The translations under genes were made by a program, and so were the position numbers. From Octopus sinensis (taxonomy: Eukaryota): a DNA stretch of 64,000 bases. Position 1 is the stretch's first letter. Each line of letters begins with the position of its first letter. Below are positions 13,600-26,647 of this stretch, one piece after another. Under the pieces are notes generated by a model, which ran no database searches, was not told where the DNA came from, and worked only from the letters and a program-made list of their open reading frames with translations. The stretch spans positions 79,732,001 to 79,796,000 of the forward strand of contig NC_042998.1 of assembly GCF_006345805.1 (NCBI RefSeq). Direction: 5' to 3'.

Positions 13600-14215
13600 T
13601 TATTATTTGTCCATCTTTACGTTCTGACTTCAAATTCCGCTGAGGTCAACTTTACTTTTTATCCTCTCAGAGTTGATAAAATAAGTACCAGTTGAATACT
13701 GGAGTTGATGTAATCGATGCACTTCCTTTTTCGAACTTGCTGGCCTTGTGCCAAAATTTGAAACAATTATCATTATTATTTTGTCCATCCTAACATTCTG
13801 AGTTTAAATTCTGCTGAGGTCAACTTTGCCTTTCATCCTTTTTCAGTTGATGAAATAAGTACCAGTTGAGTACTGGGGTCAATGTAATCAACTTGAAATA
13901 TACCATTTATTATTAAGGTAGAAATGTTAACACCCTGGGCAAAATGCTTAGTGGCATTTCGTTCATCTTTATGTTCTGAGTTCAAATTTCACCTGGGTCA
14001 ACTTTGCCTTTCATTCTTTTAGGGTTGATAAAATAAGTACCAGTTATAGCAGAAAGGATTATTATTATTATTATTATTAATTGCCTTTCATTCTTTCAGG
14101 GTTGATAAAATAAGTACCAGTGAAACACTGGGGTCAATGTAATCAACTCATCTCTTCTCCCAAAATTGCTGCCCTTGTGGCAAAATTTGAAACCATTATT
14201 ATTATTATTTCCATG
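13600..14215 (+). mobile_element. Cluster of four tandem SINE family B fragments
   Basis: Four repeats of actttgcctttcat…gttgataaaataagtaccag separated by (ATT)n tails. Confidence 0.8.
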
Positions 14216-15375
14216 ATCACTGTAGGAAAATGTACTAAAGTTTACTTTGGCTTTTTCCATTTGTTAAGATATCAGTCTGTCAAATTAATTGAAGTAACTG
14301 CTTATTCACTGTTTTGTTATCGATTCCAATGTTATTTTTGTGTCAATTACAACCACCATTCAGAATGAATCCCTCCTCTTCCACTCCCACTCCAAATAAA
14401 TCTGAAGCTACAGAAAAAAATTCTTTGTCACATTTTTGTGATTATCTTTTAATTGTCAATGTTGTTTGAGATTAAAATTGCTATTTACAATCTATATAAA
14501 GATATATGTGTGTGTCTGTGTGTGTGAATATATAAATATATATATACATATGCGTATATATATGCATGTTTTGATTTATAATATATCTTTGTTATACATT
14601 TTAGAGAAATAAATATGAAAATTATACATCTAATGTTTATGAGGTAGTCTGTCTTCTATTTCATCAGATTAACATTGCCTTTCTGTGAATTTCAGTTTCC
14701 TTCACTAATTAACTATTATGTTTTGTTATTTTGACATGAAAACCAGAATGTTATAACTAGAAATTAGCTTAATATGTTCAGTATTCTCATGTCTAACTAA
14801 AGATTCAATATAGTAGAGTTTCATTAACATCATCATTTAATGTCCATTTACCATGCTGGCATGGGTTGGATGGTTTGACAAAGATCCAATGAGTCAAAAG
14901 TCTACATTATGCTGCAGTGTCTGCTTTAGGTGCCCTTCCTAATGCCAACCACTTTACAGTGTGTACTGGGAGCTTTTTTTCCGTGCTACTGATACTGTTG
15001 AGTTCACCTTTTGCATTTAGTATCTTTGGCTCTTAGTTGACGAATTTAAAGAAAATAGGTTCCAAAACATCATAAAAGAACTTTTGGATACTGGCTTTCA
15101 AACCTACTTTAGAGATAGATCTACATCTCGTTTTAATCAATGTATAACAGACACAATAGCCTTGAGTAGATTTTCTACCTGTATGTTGCAAGTGTCCTAA
15201 ATTTCTCCATTTAAAGAATGGAAGATGAATGTTAAATGATGATGATGATGTATAAAGTTTTCCATCAAAGTAAACAGCTTAAAATATGATCAATAACACC
15301 TTTGACCCTTTTGTTATTATATTTCAGTTGAAATACATTGTCATGCTCACCAATTTGAAAATAATGAAAAATTTA

Positions 15376-16258
15376 TTGAGGCGAGTCAAAAGTTTTGCAA
15401 TATTTGCAAATATTTTAGTTTGTAGTATGTATATCATGTAATCAAAGCAGTTTAAGCTCTGGAAAGTACCCACTGAGGTTGGTAGTATCATGGTAGTTGG
15501 TGTGCTGACACATTGTGCATTGCTTCATTCTGTAAGTGATTTAAAATCCATACAGACGAATATGCAACTTAAACTAATTTGGGGACTTATGCTTTATGAG
15601 TTTGAACAAGGCCATAACGCTGCAGAAGCAATCAAAAACATTTGTTGTGTGAAAGGTGAAAGTGCTGTTTATCTTGTTACTGTACCAGATGGTTCAAGAA
15701 AATTTGCTCAGGTTGCAAGAACTTCAGGCAAGATCAGGTAGGCCTAAAACCATGGATTTTGAGCCTGTGCTCCAAGCCTTAGGTAAATCTGGTAAGTAGC
15801 ACTTGGAGAATATCAGGTGAGCTTGGTATCTCATGGATGAATGCAATTGTTAACAGAAAGTGAACTCTTCTAAAGCAAGACAATGCTTGACCTTATACTG
15901 CTTGAACAACCCAGAATAAACTTCAGGAACTTGCAGGAATCAAACTGATGCCATATCCAGCATATAGTGTGGACATGACTCCCACTGATTATTACTTGTT
16001 TTGAACCATGGCTTACTTCCTGCACTCATGAAACTTCATCAACCAAGAGGACATGGAAGCTTTAGTGAAAGAGTTCTTTGTCTCGAAGAAAAAGAACTAG
16101 TATCAGCATGGGATCAAAGAACTGGCAGAAAGGTGGCTTCAGATGGTGCAACACAATGGCCTCTACTTTGAATGCTAGGCTGCCTTTGATGTAACTTGAG
16201 AAATAAAGCAAATAAGTTACCAAAATATTGCAAAATTTTTGACTCAACTTTTGAGTAT
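15376..16258 (+). mobile_element. Internally deleted mariner (Tc1/mariner) transposon remnant
   Basis: TIR core gagtcaaaagttttgcaatattt (15383-15405) and its inverse at 16223-16245. HTH peptide MLYEFEQGHNAAEAIKNIC. C-terminal PAYSVDMTPTDYYLF (YSPDLAPxD-like) …GIKELAERW…NGLYF with stops. Confidence 0.88.
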
Positions 16259-17822
16259 TTGGTTTGCAAGATTCTTTATGTAAATTTTTGTTGTAACAAA
16301 TTTTTGTGGTTAGGGAGTCATTATGCCAATATTATTAACACATGCACTGGTTTAATTTCACTCCTTTATTATTTGTCAATTGTTTAAATAGCCAACTATC
16401 TAATCAGATGCTTGTTTAATTTGGTTAAAAAGCAAATCATTTATTTTGTTTTTGTTTGTCAAATTCCTTTTGTTATTACAACCTTTTCAGTGACTTTCTT
16501 CTTAGTCCAAGGCTGTTTAACCAAACTAAACAAACAATTGATTATTTAGTTGGATATTTAACCAATTGACTAATAATGAAGGAGTGGAATTGAACCAGTG
16601 CATATTAATAATATTGGCATGATAACTCTCTCTAAACACAACAAAATTTTGCCTGAACACAGAATTAGAATAACTTTGTTGTTTGTAAGCTGATTTAGTA
16701 AGCAATAACCATGAAACTTTGATGGAAGGTTTTAATGCAGATTGGTTTAATTTAGGAAGCTTTTATCATGAAACTAGGAGTGGTCTCAAACATTATGGTA
16801 TCAAGAAGGTTTAACAGAAATTTTTGAAATTGATTTTCTGTGACTCTAAAAGATTATATCATTGCATAATTTATCATGAAATTAAATTAGGAATAGAAAG
16901 AAAAACTGTTAGATCTTCTGTGAGAATCATCATTACAGGACTTCATTAACTTAGGTTAACTGGAGTTGTTTGTTCCTTAAAGGAGGACCTAAGCTCAGTA
17001 TAATCAGCTGCCTCTGTCTATAGCAATGAAACTGTATTAACTATTTGCTAGGAAGCACATGTACCTTCACATTATAACTATCTACTGCCTGTTGAATTGA
17101 GTTTTTGAGAGTATTTAAGTGTCTTTGTCATGAGTGCCACATAGTATTGTGCTTGAAATCAGACACCCTTCAGGTTATAGGCTGGTGTGCTATCTTTAGT
17201 CTCAGCTGCAGTTTCTTACTTAAACAGTAAAATTGTTAATTGTTAAAAACAACAATTTGTAATATTAGAATGCTTGAAACATTACAAAAAAAAAAAAAGG
17301 AAAACGAAAATTCCATTTGTTTCAGTTAGTGACCACTCCTCTCATAACTATTCTCCAGTAGCATCGACATCATGAGGGAGATATTTGATCATTTGCCAAC
17401 AGTTCACTTTTAACACAAATTTTAAACATTACAATGGTATGATGTAAACAATCCTATATGTTGCAAGTATCCTAAATTTCTCCATTTAAAGCCTGTCTTG
17501 CAGTAAATGGAGATTGTTGGCAATGCAAGTAAATCCTCCTTTTTGCCATTTCATGGTTTTCATTCTTTAAAATTGTTCTAAAAGAAATTTCTTACAAATA
17601 CAATTTATTTAGGCCAAGAAATGTCATTTCTTAAATGCTATTGCAGAAATCAGCACACAATGTATGAACTATTAAATTAAATTTGACATATATAAGATTA
17701 TATTATTTAATTATTTTTTTTTTAGTTTACTTACAGAAATTCCAAAATCACTATATAACTATTTTAACTAATTTTCAACCTCATGCAAGTTAGCAGGAGT
17801 CACTTGCTCTGTCATCTTTTGA

Positions 17823-17862
<40 letters not shown>

Positions 17863-19719
17863 AAGAAAGATGTTGAGCAAGTTTCATATTTATATATATA
17901 TTATCATCAACATCATTTAACGTACACTTTTCTATCCTCTCATGTGTCAAATGGAATATGCTGAGGCAGATTTCCTTTTGCCAGATGCCTTACCTGTCGT
18001 CAACTCGCCTGTTTTCAAGTAAAGGAATGTTTCCCCATGGTTGGACATGTTTTACACAAAAGATTGGACATAAGATCCTTGTATGACAGTAACATTCATA
18101 CTGTGATATTGTGCAATACAGCTTTTGTACAATATCAAAACAAGACACAACACACCTACCCATGCACATACACATACAAACAATAATGGGTGCCTTTCAG
18201 TTTCTGCCAACCAAATCTATTCACAAGACTCTGGTCAGCCCAGAGCTATAGTAGAAGACATTTGCTCAAAGTGCTATGCAGTGGGATTATATCCAAAACT
18301 GTATGGTTGGAAAGCAAACTTCATAACATCGCCATGCATGTACACATGCATACATAAAGATGTTGAACAAGTCTTATACATTAAAAATGAAAATACTCAA
18401 TATAATGAATATGAATTTATATTTTTATTACAATTATAGAAGCTTTGTCAAACTTTTCAGGAGTTCTGAGAGGGTGAATATCTATTTTGGACAAAATACA
18501 TCTTCCAATTGGGACCAAAAGATGATAAGATGTCTATATGTACCTGCCCATAACTATCAACACAATGGTTTGTCAAAGTTTCTGGAATTGTAATATATTT
18601 TCTTGGGGGTGACATATTCATGGGAACATAGTCAGGCATATCTCTACTGCCTTCAGTTCTTGATGAGCCTTGAGACAACAAAATATATTGTCAGACTCAT
18701 GGTCATGGATTAAACATATATCATCCTTATCATTTAATGTCCAGCTTCAATGCTGACATGGGTAGAATGGTTTGATAAAATCTGATGAGTCAGAGGACTG
18801 AGTCACACTCCCATGTCTACTTTAGCATGGTTCCTATGACTTGATGCCTTTTCTGGATGTTAGCACCAACCACTTTACTGAGTGTACTGGGTGCTTTCTG
18901 CATGGCACCAGTTCTTTTGAAGATTATTTTGTAATTTGGAAGGCTATGAGCCTAAAGTGGCCTCTAGAAATGAGGAAGAATAAAAGGTGTATAATGAATA
19001 TAGGTGGGGGTGAAGGACATGTAAGATGAGAAGAATGGTCAGGATGGAATATGGATGCAAAATGATTATGATAATGGCTAGCATGTCCTCCTTAAGAACA
19101 TTCTTCCATGAGGCCTTGACACAATTACTACATATAAAGAAAAAAAGTCTTATACTTTGCCCTCTCTAGGTATGAGTAATACTCAAATATAACCTTCAAA
19201 GTTATTACAAATGCTAGGCCTCATAAAATCTGAGGATTTGTCATCACATGCCTAAACACAGACACACATAAGTGACATTACTAAAAGAGTACCACAAAGA
19301 CTGGAATTAATTTTTAGAACCTGAAAATACTTCAGTTCTGATCTGGAGTATTGTTCAGGTCTCTGGAATGGTGCTATTGCTACACATAAACATCCTAGTC
19401 TGCATCTAAAAAATCCCATTCACTCATCAAAACGCTATAACTATTGGTTCACAGATGTGCAGTTTCTTCTCTCCCTCCCTCTTATCCTCATTCTCAGTAG
19501 AGGGGATGCTCTTTGGTCTTGCAAGTTACAAGGCCACTTTATTAGTGCTGGTGCCAGAAAAAAGCATCCAGTACACTCTGTAATGTAGACAGAATAAGGA
19601 AAATCTCAAACCATACCAAAACTGGGAAACTGGGACAAGATGTAATCCCTCCAATTCTGCTAAAATGTCCAATCCATGCCAGCATGGAAAGCAGACAAAA
19701 AAGGATGACAATACCCAGG

Positions 19720-19900
19720 ACACTCTCCTCCTTCAATTATGTTCACTGTCTCATCTTTCAGATTCTATTCTAAACACTGTCAAATCCTTCCACCCCAGGA
19801 CTCTAAACCTCTGGAATTCCCTTTCAGTCCATGCTTTTCTTGCAATCATTGAATTAAAGATTTTTACACAGAAAATCAACCACATCAATCTCATATGTCT
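19720..19900 (+). mobile_element. LINE (CR1/L2-like) C-terminal fragment; related piece at 41380-41550
   Basis: SFHPRTLNLWNSL…FTQKINHINL resembles the CR1/L2 'SFFPRT..LWNSLP' C-terminus. Confidence 0.55.
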
Positions 19901-22122
19901 AAAAAGACCTGCAAAGGTCATCTGCACTGAACCTCATAGTAAAATGAGCCAATTGAGTAGCTACAAAAAACAACTAAGTTACCCTCAAATTATACATTAT
20001 CCTCTTTAAAAAGAGAACATGAAAACTACACTGGATAACATAGGCTTTAGAAACAGTATATTTGTTCATTTAACATCTACTTTTCTTTGCTAGCACGGGT
20101 TGGACAGGGACATATTTGAGGCAAGATTTTACACATAGCTGGTTTATATTGTCGCTAACCCTTACCTGTTTTGCAAGTAAGGGATTTCTTATTGAACAGG
20201 TCTCCATAAGCACAGAGCGACCGTCATATCAACAAGGACTACAAACATAACATCATTTTGCTTTAGTAGAAGACATTTGCACAACATGATCTTAATCATC
20301 AGCCATGTCTATACCTAACTAAAAGAAAAAAAGTAATCTAGCTCCTAAGCATTCTATGAATGAAATCCTCATCATTTGCTCAGGAGTTAAACAGCAAATT
20401 TATTTACGAATATATAAAATAGATGCCTGGCTCAGTACTGGGCCTATTATTCTATATATCACTGGTGGGGAGAAGAGTTGCTGCTAGGTTGAAATCATGT
20501 GATCTTGTGGTTTTGGCCCCAGAGGTGGAAGGAGTTATCTCCCTGGTAGCAATATAAACAAGTGCATTTTGCACCAAAAGCCAATATCAAATAAGGGCAT
20601 TGTAGTTCACTTGAAGCATTGTAATTTCAAGGAAGATAAAAAGAGATAAAATAGAAAGCTTCTGACAATGCAGAAACCTTTATATTTCAGACACAAAGGC
20701 CTATCTTCAGAAGAAAAACAGTCCCAGAAATGTTCAGTTATGCAGGTTCTGTTAACCCATTCAAATCCCCAAGCAGTCAACGCTCCAAGTGTTGGTGTAA
20801 ACAAACTTCCAACTGTTGCTATAGGCTGCTCACCATCTGCAGGATGGTGTGATGATGTTATCATAATAAGAGAGTTTCTCTCATGGTATCTATCACAGTA
20901 CAGTTTGTTCTAACAGAACGTCCATGTTTAAGTGGGGATAGATATATAATAGAATTTATAGTAGTAGCACTTGACAGTAAATCTGCAGGGAAACCTCTAT
21001 ATGGTTGCAAGAAATAGTAGCCAATTCTCCCTCAAATCATATCCTATCATCTTAGCTAAAGAAAGGGCACATTAGATAATGTAGAGTAAGATACTCATAA
21101 AAAGGATGGTCATTGCTGGAATGCCTTAAATTATGAGTCTGCTTCAAAGATGACAAAGCTAAAACAACATCAATATCTATTTTAAAAGAAATGTTGGATA
21201 TATGGTACTTGCCTATCATTCTGGCCGAAGGCAGTTCAATTTGTCGGTAACAGTTTAACATTTCACACAAAATAAAATCCATAGCTGATGTGGGTTTAAT
21301 GAAGGTAAAAACATCTAAGTATTGTTACAAGATATGTATTGAGTTATATGAAGTTCAGTAGCCCAGTCCATATCTTGAGAGAGGTGAGAGAGCAGACAGC
21401 ACAGATACACACACTCAGACTGAGACAGACAGGGAGAGAAAGAAAGAGAAAAAGAGACAGAAAAGAGAAAGACACACTGACTGAGATAGAGAGAGAGAGA
21501 CAGACAGAAAGAGAAAGAGAAACAGGCTAACAGAGACAAAGAAAGAGAAAATAATTTTGTTGCAAGAGAGAAGTAAATGAAATAATCCCAAGACTGGTTG
21601 TGGTAATTGTATTTTTATTGTTTAAAAGGTCTGTGAAACAGATGCAGGAAGACCGAAAATATAGCAGTTTTATGCAAGCAATTTCCATAGCAACATTAGC
21701 TATAATTTCAGCTTTTAAATTTGCAAATATGTAAACTTCAGGGTCAACTAATCAACAAAATTTAACAACTTTTTTATTTCTTTATTTATAATTTTTTGTT
21801 CTGTTTTTTTTTTTATTATATTTTTTTTACATTTTAAATAAGTTCCAGTTTAGAGTTGTGAAAGACAAAATTGTAATTTGGCAATTTGGAGTGGGGGGAA
21901 GGTGTGTAAGGTGTGAGAAATAACTATGTAAGAAAAAAAAAACCACATGAATATTTTCACAGAGATATGCTGCCATATGTTAAAATGTTTATAATATAAT
22001 TAACCAATCACAACAAATACAAATATGAATAACAAATATTCTTCTCACTCTAACCTATAACATAAGGAGAAAAAAAAGCCCCTTTAAATCTTGCTTTATA
22101 CATCTATATAAAGTGGGGAAGT

Positions 22123-22199
22123 TTAATTCTTTTTGCCATAGGCTGATCCTTTCTTGATGACACTCAAGCCAATACTCCATTTCATGAAAAACCGAGCCA
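22123..22199 (-). CDS. AGPAT3/4: AGPAT3/4 terminal coding exon 8 (VARFFMKWSIGLSVIKKGSAYGKKN*)
   Basis: tttctttccacag| acceptor; KGSAYG motif; TAA at 22125-22123. Exon sum 181+170+168+154+106+79+202+77 = 1137 nt = 378 aa plus stop. Confidence 0.92.
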
Positions 22200-22408
22200 C
22201 TGTGGAAAGAAAAATATTAACATTATTTACAGCATTCGGGTTAAAGTTAGCAAAATAACAGAAATCATAAAACACATCATCATCATTTTAACATCCACTT
22301 TTTTTATGTTTGCATGGATTAGATCGAGTTTATTGAGGTTGATTTGTACAATCATAATCAGATGCCCTACCTGTTGCCAATCTTCTGTTTCCAAGCAAGG
22401 AAACTATT

Positions 22409-22650
22409 TCATCATCATCATCATCGTTTAACCTCCGTTTTCCATGCTAGCATGGGTTGGACGGTTTGACTGGGGTCTGGGAAGCCAGGAGGCTGCACCA
22501 GACTCCAGTCTGATCTGACAGCGTTTCTACAGCTGGATGCCCTTCCTAATGCCAACAACTCTGAGAGTGTAGTGGGTGCTTTTTACATGCCACTGGCACA
22601 GGTGCCAGGGGAGGCTGGCAACAGCCACGATCGGTTGGTGCTTTTTATGT
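22409..22650 (-). mobile_element. RTE LINE 3' tail-only copy with (GAT)n end
   Basis: Reverse complement of the tail at 26380-26562 (ggaagggcatccagc…catgctagcatggaaaacgg…taaacgatgatgat). Confidence 0.8.
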
Positions 22651-23344
22651 GCCACAGGCACAGGTATCACAACTCATGGCAGAAAATTGGAAATGACAGT
22701 GACACTCATATACAACTATCATGCTATATGAAGCCAAGGAGACACATACAAACATACACAGGTGTACACATAACAAACACACACACACACATGTAATGTA
22801 GGTTGTTAGAGTAACCCCTGCTGTTTCGTCTTGAAGCACATCTTATTCCATTATTACAATATAATATGTAGCCTCAGTTTCTACTGTATGTTAGTCAAAA
22901 GACATATTAAAATTGAGAATTATGGAAGTATGATTTGCAAAGTTATTGCATAACAAAACTGGAAATAAGAAATTTTGGGGTATTATTTATTCACCATTAC
23001 ACATGTTTCATTTGGTAACAGGAATTACAAAGTTTTAGATAGACATGTAAGGAATTTCCTATTTTTCTCTGTCTGAAGAATTAGAAATAGGAAAACATTT
23101 CCAATTTCCTGTTTTGTTTTGTGTGTGTGTGTGCACGCGTGCGTGTGTGCATGCATAAGTTGTATAAGAGTCCAAAAGTCACCATATTTCATTTCATAAC
23201 AGCTACCTCTGATAAGCACAGGGTTACATAATCAGATTGTTACCTAACACTCCATTGAATACCTAGCACGAAACCAATTGGTAAGATTGGCTGTAAAGGA
23301 TATGTAATACTGTACACTTTGGATAATATATACATATATATGAG

Positions 23345-26300
23345 TAATGGGGTAGGAGGTGTGAGTATACTTCGTGTAGAGAAATGGGTGGATAAAATCA
23401 CAGGAGTAGTCATGGTGTGTGATAGAATGCTTAAGCTTAGGCTAGTTTTACAGAATGGGATAGTGACAATTATCTCTGCCTATGCCCCTCAAGCAGGTCT
23501 ATCAAATGAACAGAAAGACCACTTTTATGATATTCTTTTGCAGGTTACCTCAAAGATGAGTGACAATGATCCCCTCTTTGTGGCTGGAGATTTCCATGGG
23601 CATGTCAGACAGTAGCCTGGTATCTTCCATGGTGTGCATGGAGGCCATGGAATTGGCTTCCAAACCAAGAGGGAAGAAGACTACAGGAGTTCGATGATGC
23701 AAATAACCTATTGATCTGCAACACCAACTTCAGGAAGCCAGTCAGCCACCTGATAACTTATCAATCAGGTGTCTGTCCTAGCCAGATCGATTACATTCTC
23801 ATTAGACAGTAGGGTACATGGTTGCTCCTAAATACAAAGACCCTTCTTGGTGAAGAATGTACCCCATAGCATAGACTAATCATCAGCGACTTTAGACTCC
23901 AGGTCAGAAGGATGCCAAGACGTAAACCAATCCAGAAAAGGATTTGGAAGCTTAAGGAACCTTCATATGGTCAGAGATTTAGTGACATTCTAATTGAGAA
24001 ATTTTATGAAAGGGAGGAGGAGCTAAAGACTTGTGACCAACTCTGTGGCTGGTGCAAAGTCCCATCCATCGGGTAACATGCTGGTGGAACGATGCCATAG
24101 ACAGGACCATTAGAGCTAAGAAATAGACCTGGAAGAATGGGGGTAGGAGGAACTGTATCAGATTGTCAGAAGGGATGCTCGGAGACAAGTATATATAGCC
24201 AAGGGAGAAGCAGGAAAGAAGTTTGCCTATGTTCAGTGACATGACGGCCAAAGAACTGAAGTGTTTTGTATTGCAAGACAGTGAGTGTGAGAAAATCGTG
24301 ATAACATAGGAGAGAAATGTGCCCATATGGATGATGGTGCACTTGCATTTAATGATTCTGCAAAGAAAGAGGTTTGAAAATGCAATTATGAAAGACTGTT
24401 GAATGTAGAGAATGAATGGGAGGAGGAGAGTCTACCAAATGTGACCCAACTGAAGAATTGGCTACCCAAATTAACAGTTCCATGGTAGATAAAGCAATTA
24501 AGAGTATGAAGACAAGAAAAGTCCCCAGCCCATCAGTAATTACCACTGAGGTACTTAAAATATCTGGTGGTGTGGGTTATGGTCTAGTCACTTGCATTGC
24601 AAATCAGGTGGTTCACAAAGGAGTTATATCCAATGACTAGTGTAGCAGCACCATAGTCAAATGCTACAAAGGTAAAGATGATGCCTTAGATAGAAATAAT
24701 TACAGAGGCATCAAATTGCTGGATCAGGTGATGAAAGTTACAGAGAGAATCATAGCCCAACTAATTAGGGAAAGAGTTAACTTATATGAGATGCAGTTTG
24801 GCTTTGTGCCAGGGTGAAGCAACAGTAATGCTATACTTCTGGTAAGGCAGCAGAAAGAGAAATACACAACCAAAGATAAATCTCTGTACTTGACCTTTGT
24901 TGACATGGAGAAAGCTTTTGACAGGATCCCCTGATCTCTTATCTGGTGGTCAATGCAGAAACTAGGGATAGATGAATGGTTCATGAGAGCTGTACAAGCT
25001 ATGTACAAGGATGCTACCAGTAAGGTGAGGGTTGGCAATGAGTACAGAAAAGAATTCAGGAGACAAGTAGAGATTCACCAAGGATTGGCACTCAGCCCCC
25101 TCTTGTTTGTCATAATCTTCCAGGCAATAACAGAGGAATTTAAGACAGGCTGCCCCTGGGAGCTCCTCTATGCTGATGATCTTGCTCTTATAGCTGAATC
25201 ACTACCAGAACTAGAGAAGTTCCAGGTATAAAAGCAAGATCTAGAATCAAAGGGCCTTAGAGTTAACCAAGTAAAAACCAAAGTCTTAGTAAGTTGGAAG
25301 GCAGACAAATCACAAATCCCTTCAGGTAGATAGCTCTACTTAATCTGTAGAAAAGGTGTGGGTAGAAGCTCCATAAGATGCACCCAATGTAAGCTTTGGA
25401 TACATAAAAGGTGCAGCAATATCAGGGGAAGGTTATCAGGGAAAATAGCTTTTGTATGCGGAAGATGCACAAGTACAATGAACACTGAGAATGAGCAGAA
25501 AATAGATTCTATCAACTGCCGGAAGGTGGGTAGGCTAGATGTAGTAGCTAGCTTCCGTTATCTAGGTGAGCAAGTTAGTAGTGGAGATGGGTGCTCCGAG
25601 AGCGTAGCTGTGAGAATAAGATTAGGCTTGGCAAAGTTGAGAGAGCTCCTACCCCTGCCGGCAACAAAGGGCCTCTCTTTCAGAGTGAAAGGCAGATTAT
25701 TTGATGCCTGTGTGCGAACAGTTACGCTGCATGGCAGTGAAACATTGGCTATGACAGCCAAGGACATGTGTAAGCTTGAAAGAAATGAAGCCAGTATGCT
25801 TTGCTGGATGTGCAATGTCAGTGTACATGTTCGACAGAGTGTAAGCATCTCGAGAGAAAAGTTAGGCATAAGAGGCATCAGATATGGTGTGCAAGAGAGA
25901 CAACTGTGCTGGTATGGTCATTTGATGCATATGGATGAGGACAGTCGTGTAAAGAAATGCCGATCTCTAACTGTGGAGGGAACCTGTGGTAGATATAGAT
26001 CCAGGAAGACATGGAACGAGGTGATGAAGCATGATCTTTGAACTTTGAGCCTCACAGAAGCAATGACTGGTGACCGAAACCTTTGGCAATGTGCTGTTCT
26101 TGAGAGGAACCATCAAATTAAGTGAAATTACAGACGTGGTAACTGGCATTCATGCTGGTATAATGTAAAGAACACCTTTCGAGCATTGGGCCTCACAAAG
26201 GCAAAGTGACAGCTCCTTTCGAGCATTGGGTCTCATGGAGGCAATGTGGTTGACTTCCTTTTGAGTGTTGGGTCTCACAGAGGGAATGATCAAGACCTTT

Positions 26301-26562
26301 GGCATTATGTCATGCTTGAGAAGAAGACCCATCAAGCCAAACAAAATCGCAGTTGTGACAGGTACTGGTGTCATGCAAATGGCACCCATGCCAGTGACAT
26401 GTAAAAGCACCCATTACACTCTTGGAGTGGTATTAGCATCAGGAAGGGCATCCAGCCGTAGAAAACCATGCCAAATTAGACTGGAATCTGGTGCAGCCTT
26501 CCAGCCCAGTCAAACTGTCCAACCAATGCCAGCATGGACAATGGACGTTAAATGATAATGAT
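23345..26562 (+). mobile_element. 5'-truncated, inactivated RTE-clade LINE: AP endonuclease, reverse transcriptase, PHD finger, 3' UTR and (GAT)n tail
   Basis: EN motifs ISAYAPQ, GDFHGHV, IDYIL. RT motifs NYRGIKLL, QFGFVPG, FVDMEKAFD, HQGLALSPLLF, YADD (25169-25180). C-terminal RQLCWYGHLMHM. Multiple stops and frameshifts. Confidence 0.93.
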
Positions 26563-26573
26563 GACATATATAT

Positions 26574-26647
<74 letters not shown>

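Noticed and set aside
18781-18810. CTGATGAGTCagagGAC, resembling a hammerhead core
   Set aside because: No GAAA after helix II (reads GACTGAG); homologous positions in other RTE-tail copies lack the core.
20607-20913. Overlapping 85-aa (-) and 81-aa (+) ORFs of moderate complexity downstream of the AGPAT stop
   Set aside because: No recognisable domain, no consistent splice sites and no partner exons; probably UTR/intergenic or an old TE fragment.
22123-22140. C-terminal GKKN as a KKxx ER-retrieval signal
   Set aside because: The lysines are at -2/-3, not the canonical -3/-4 or -3/-5.
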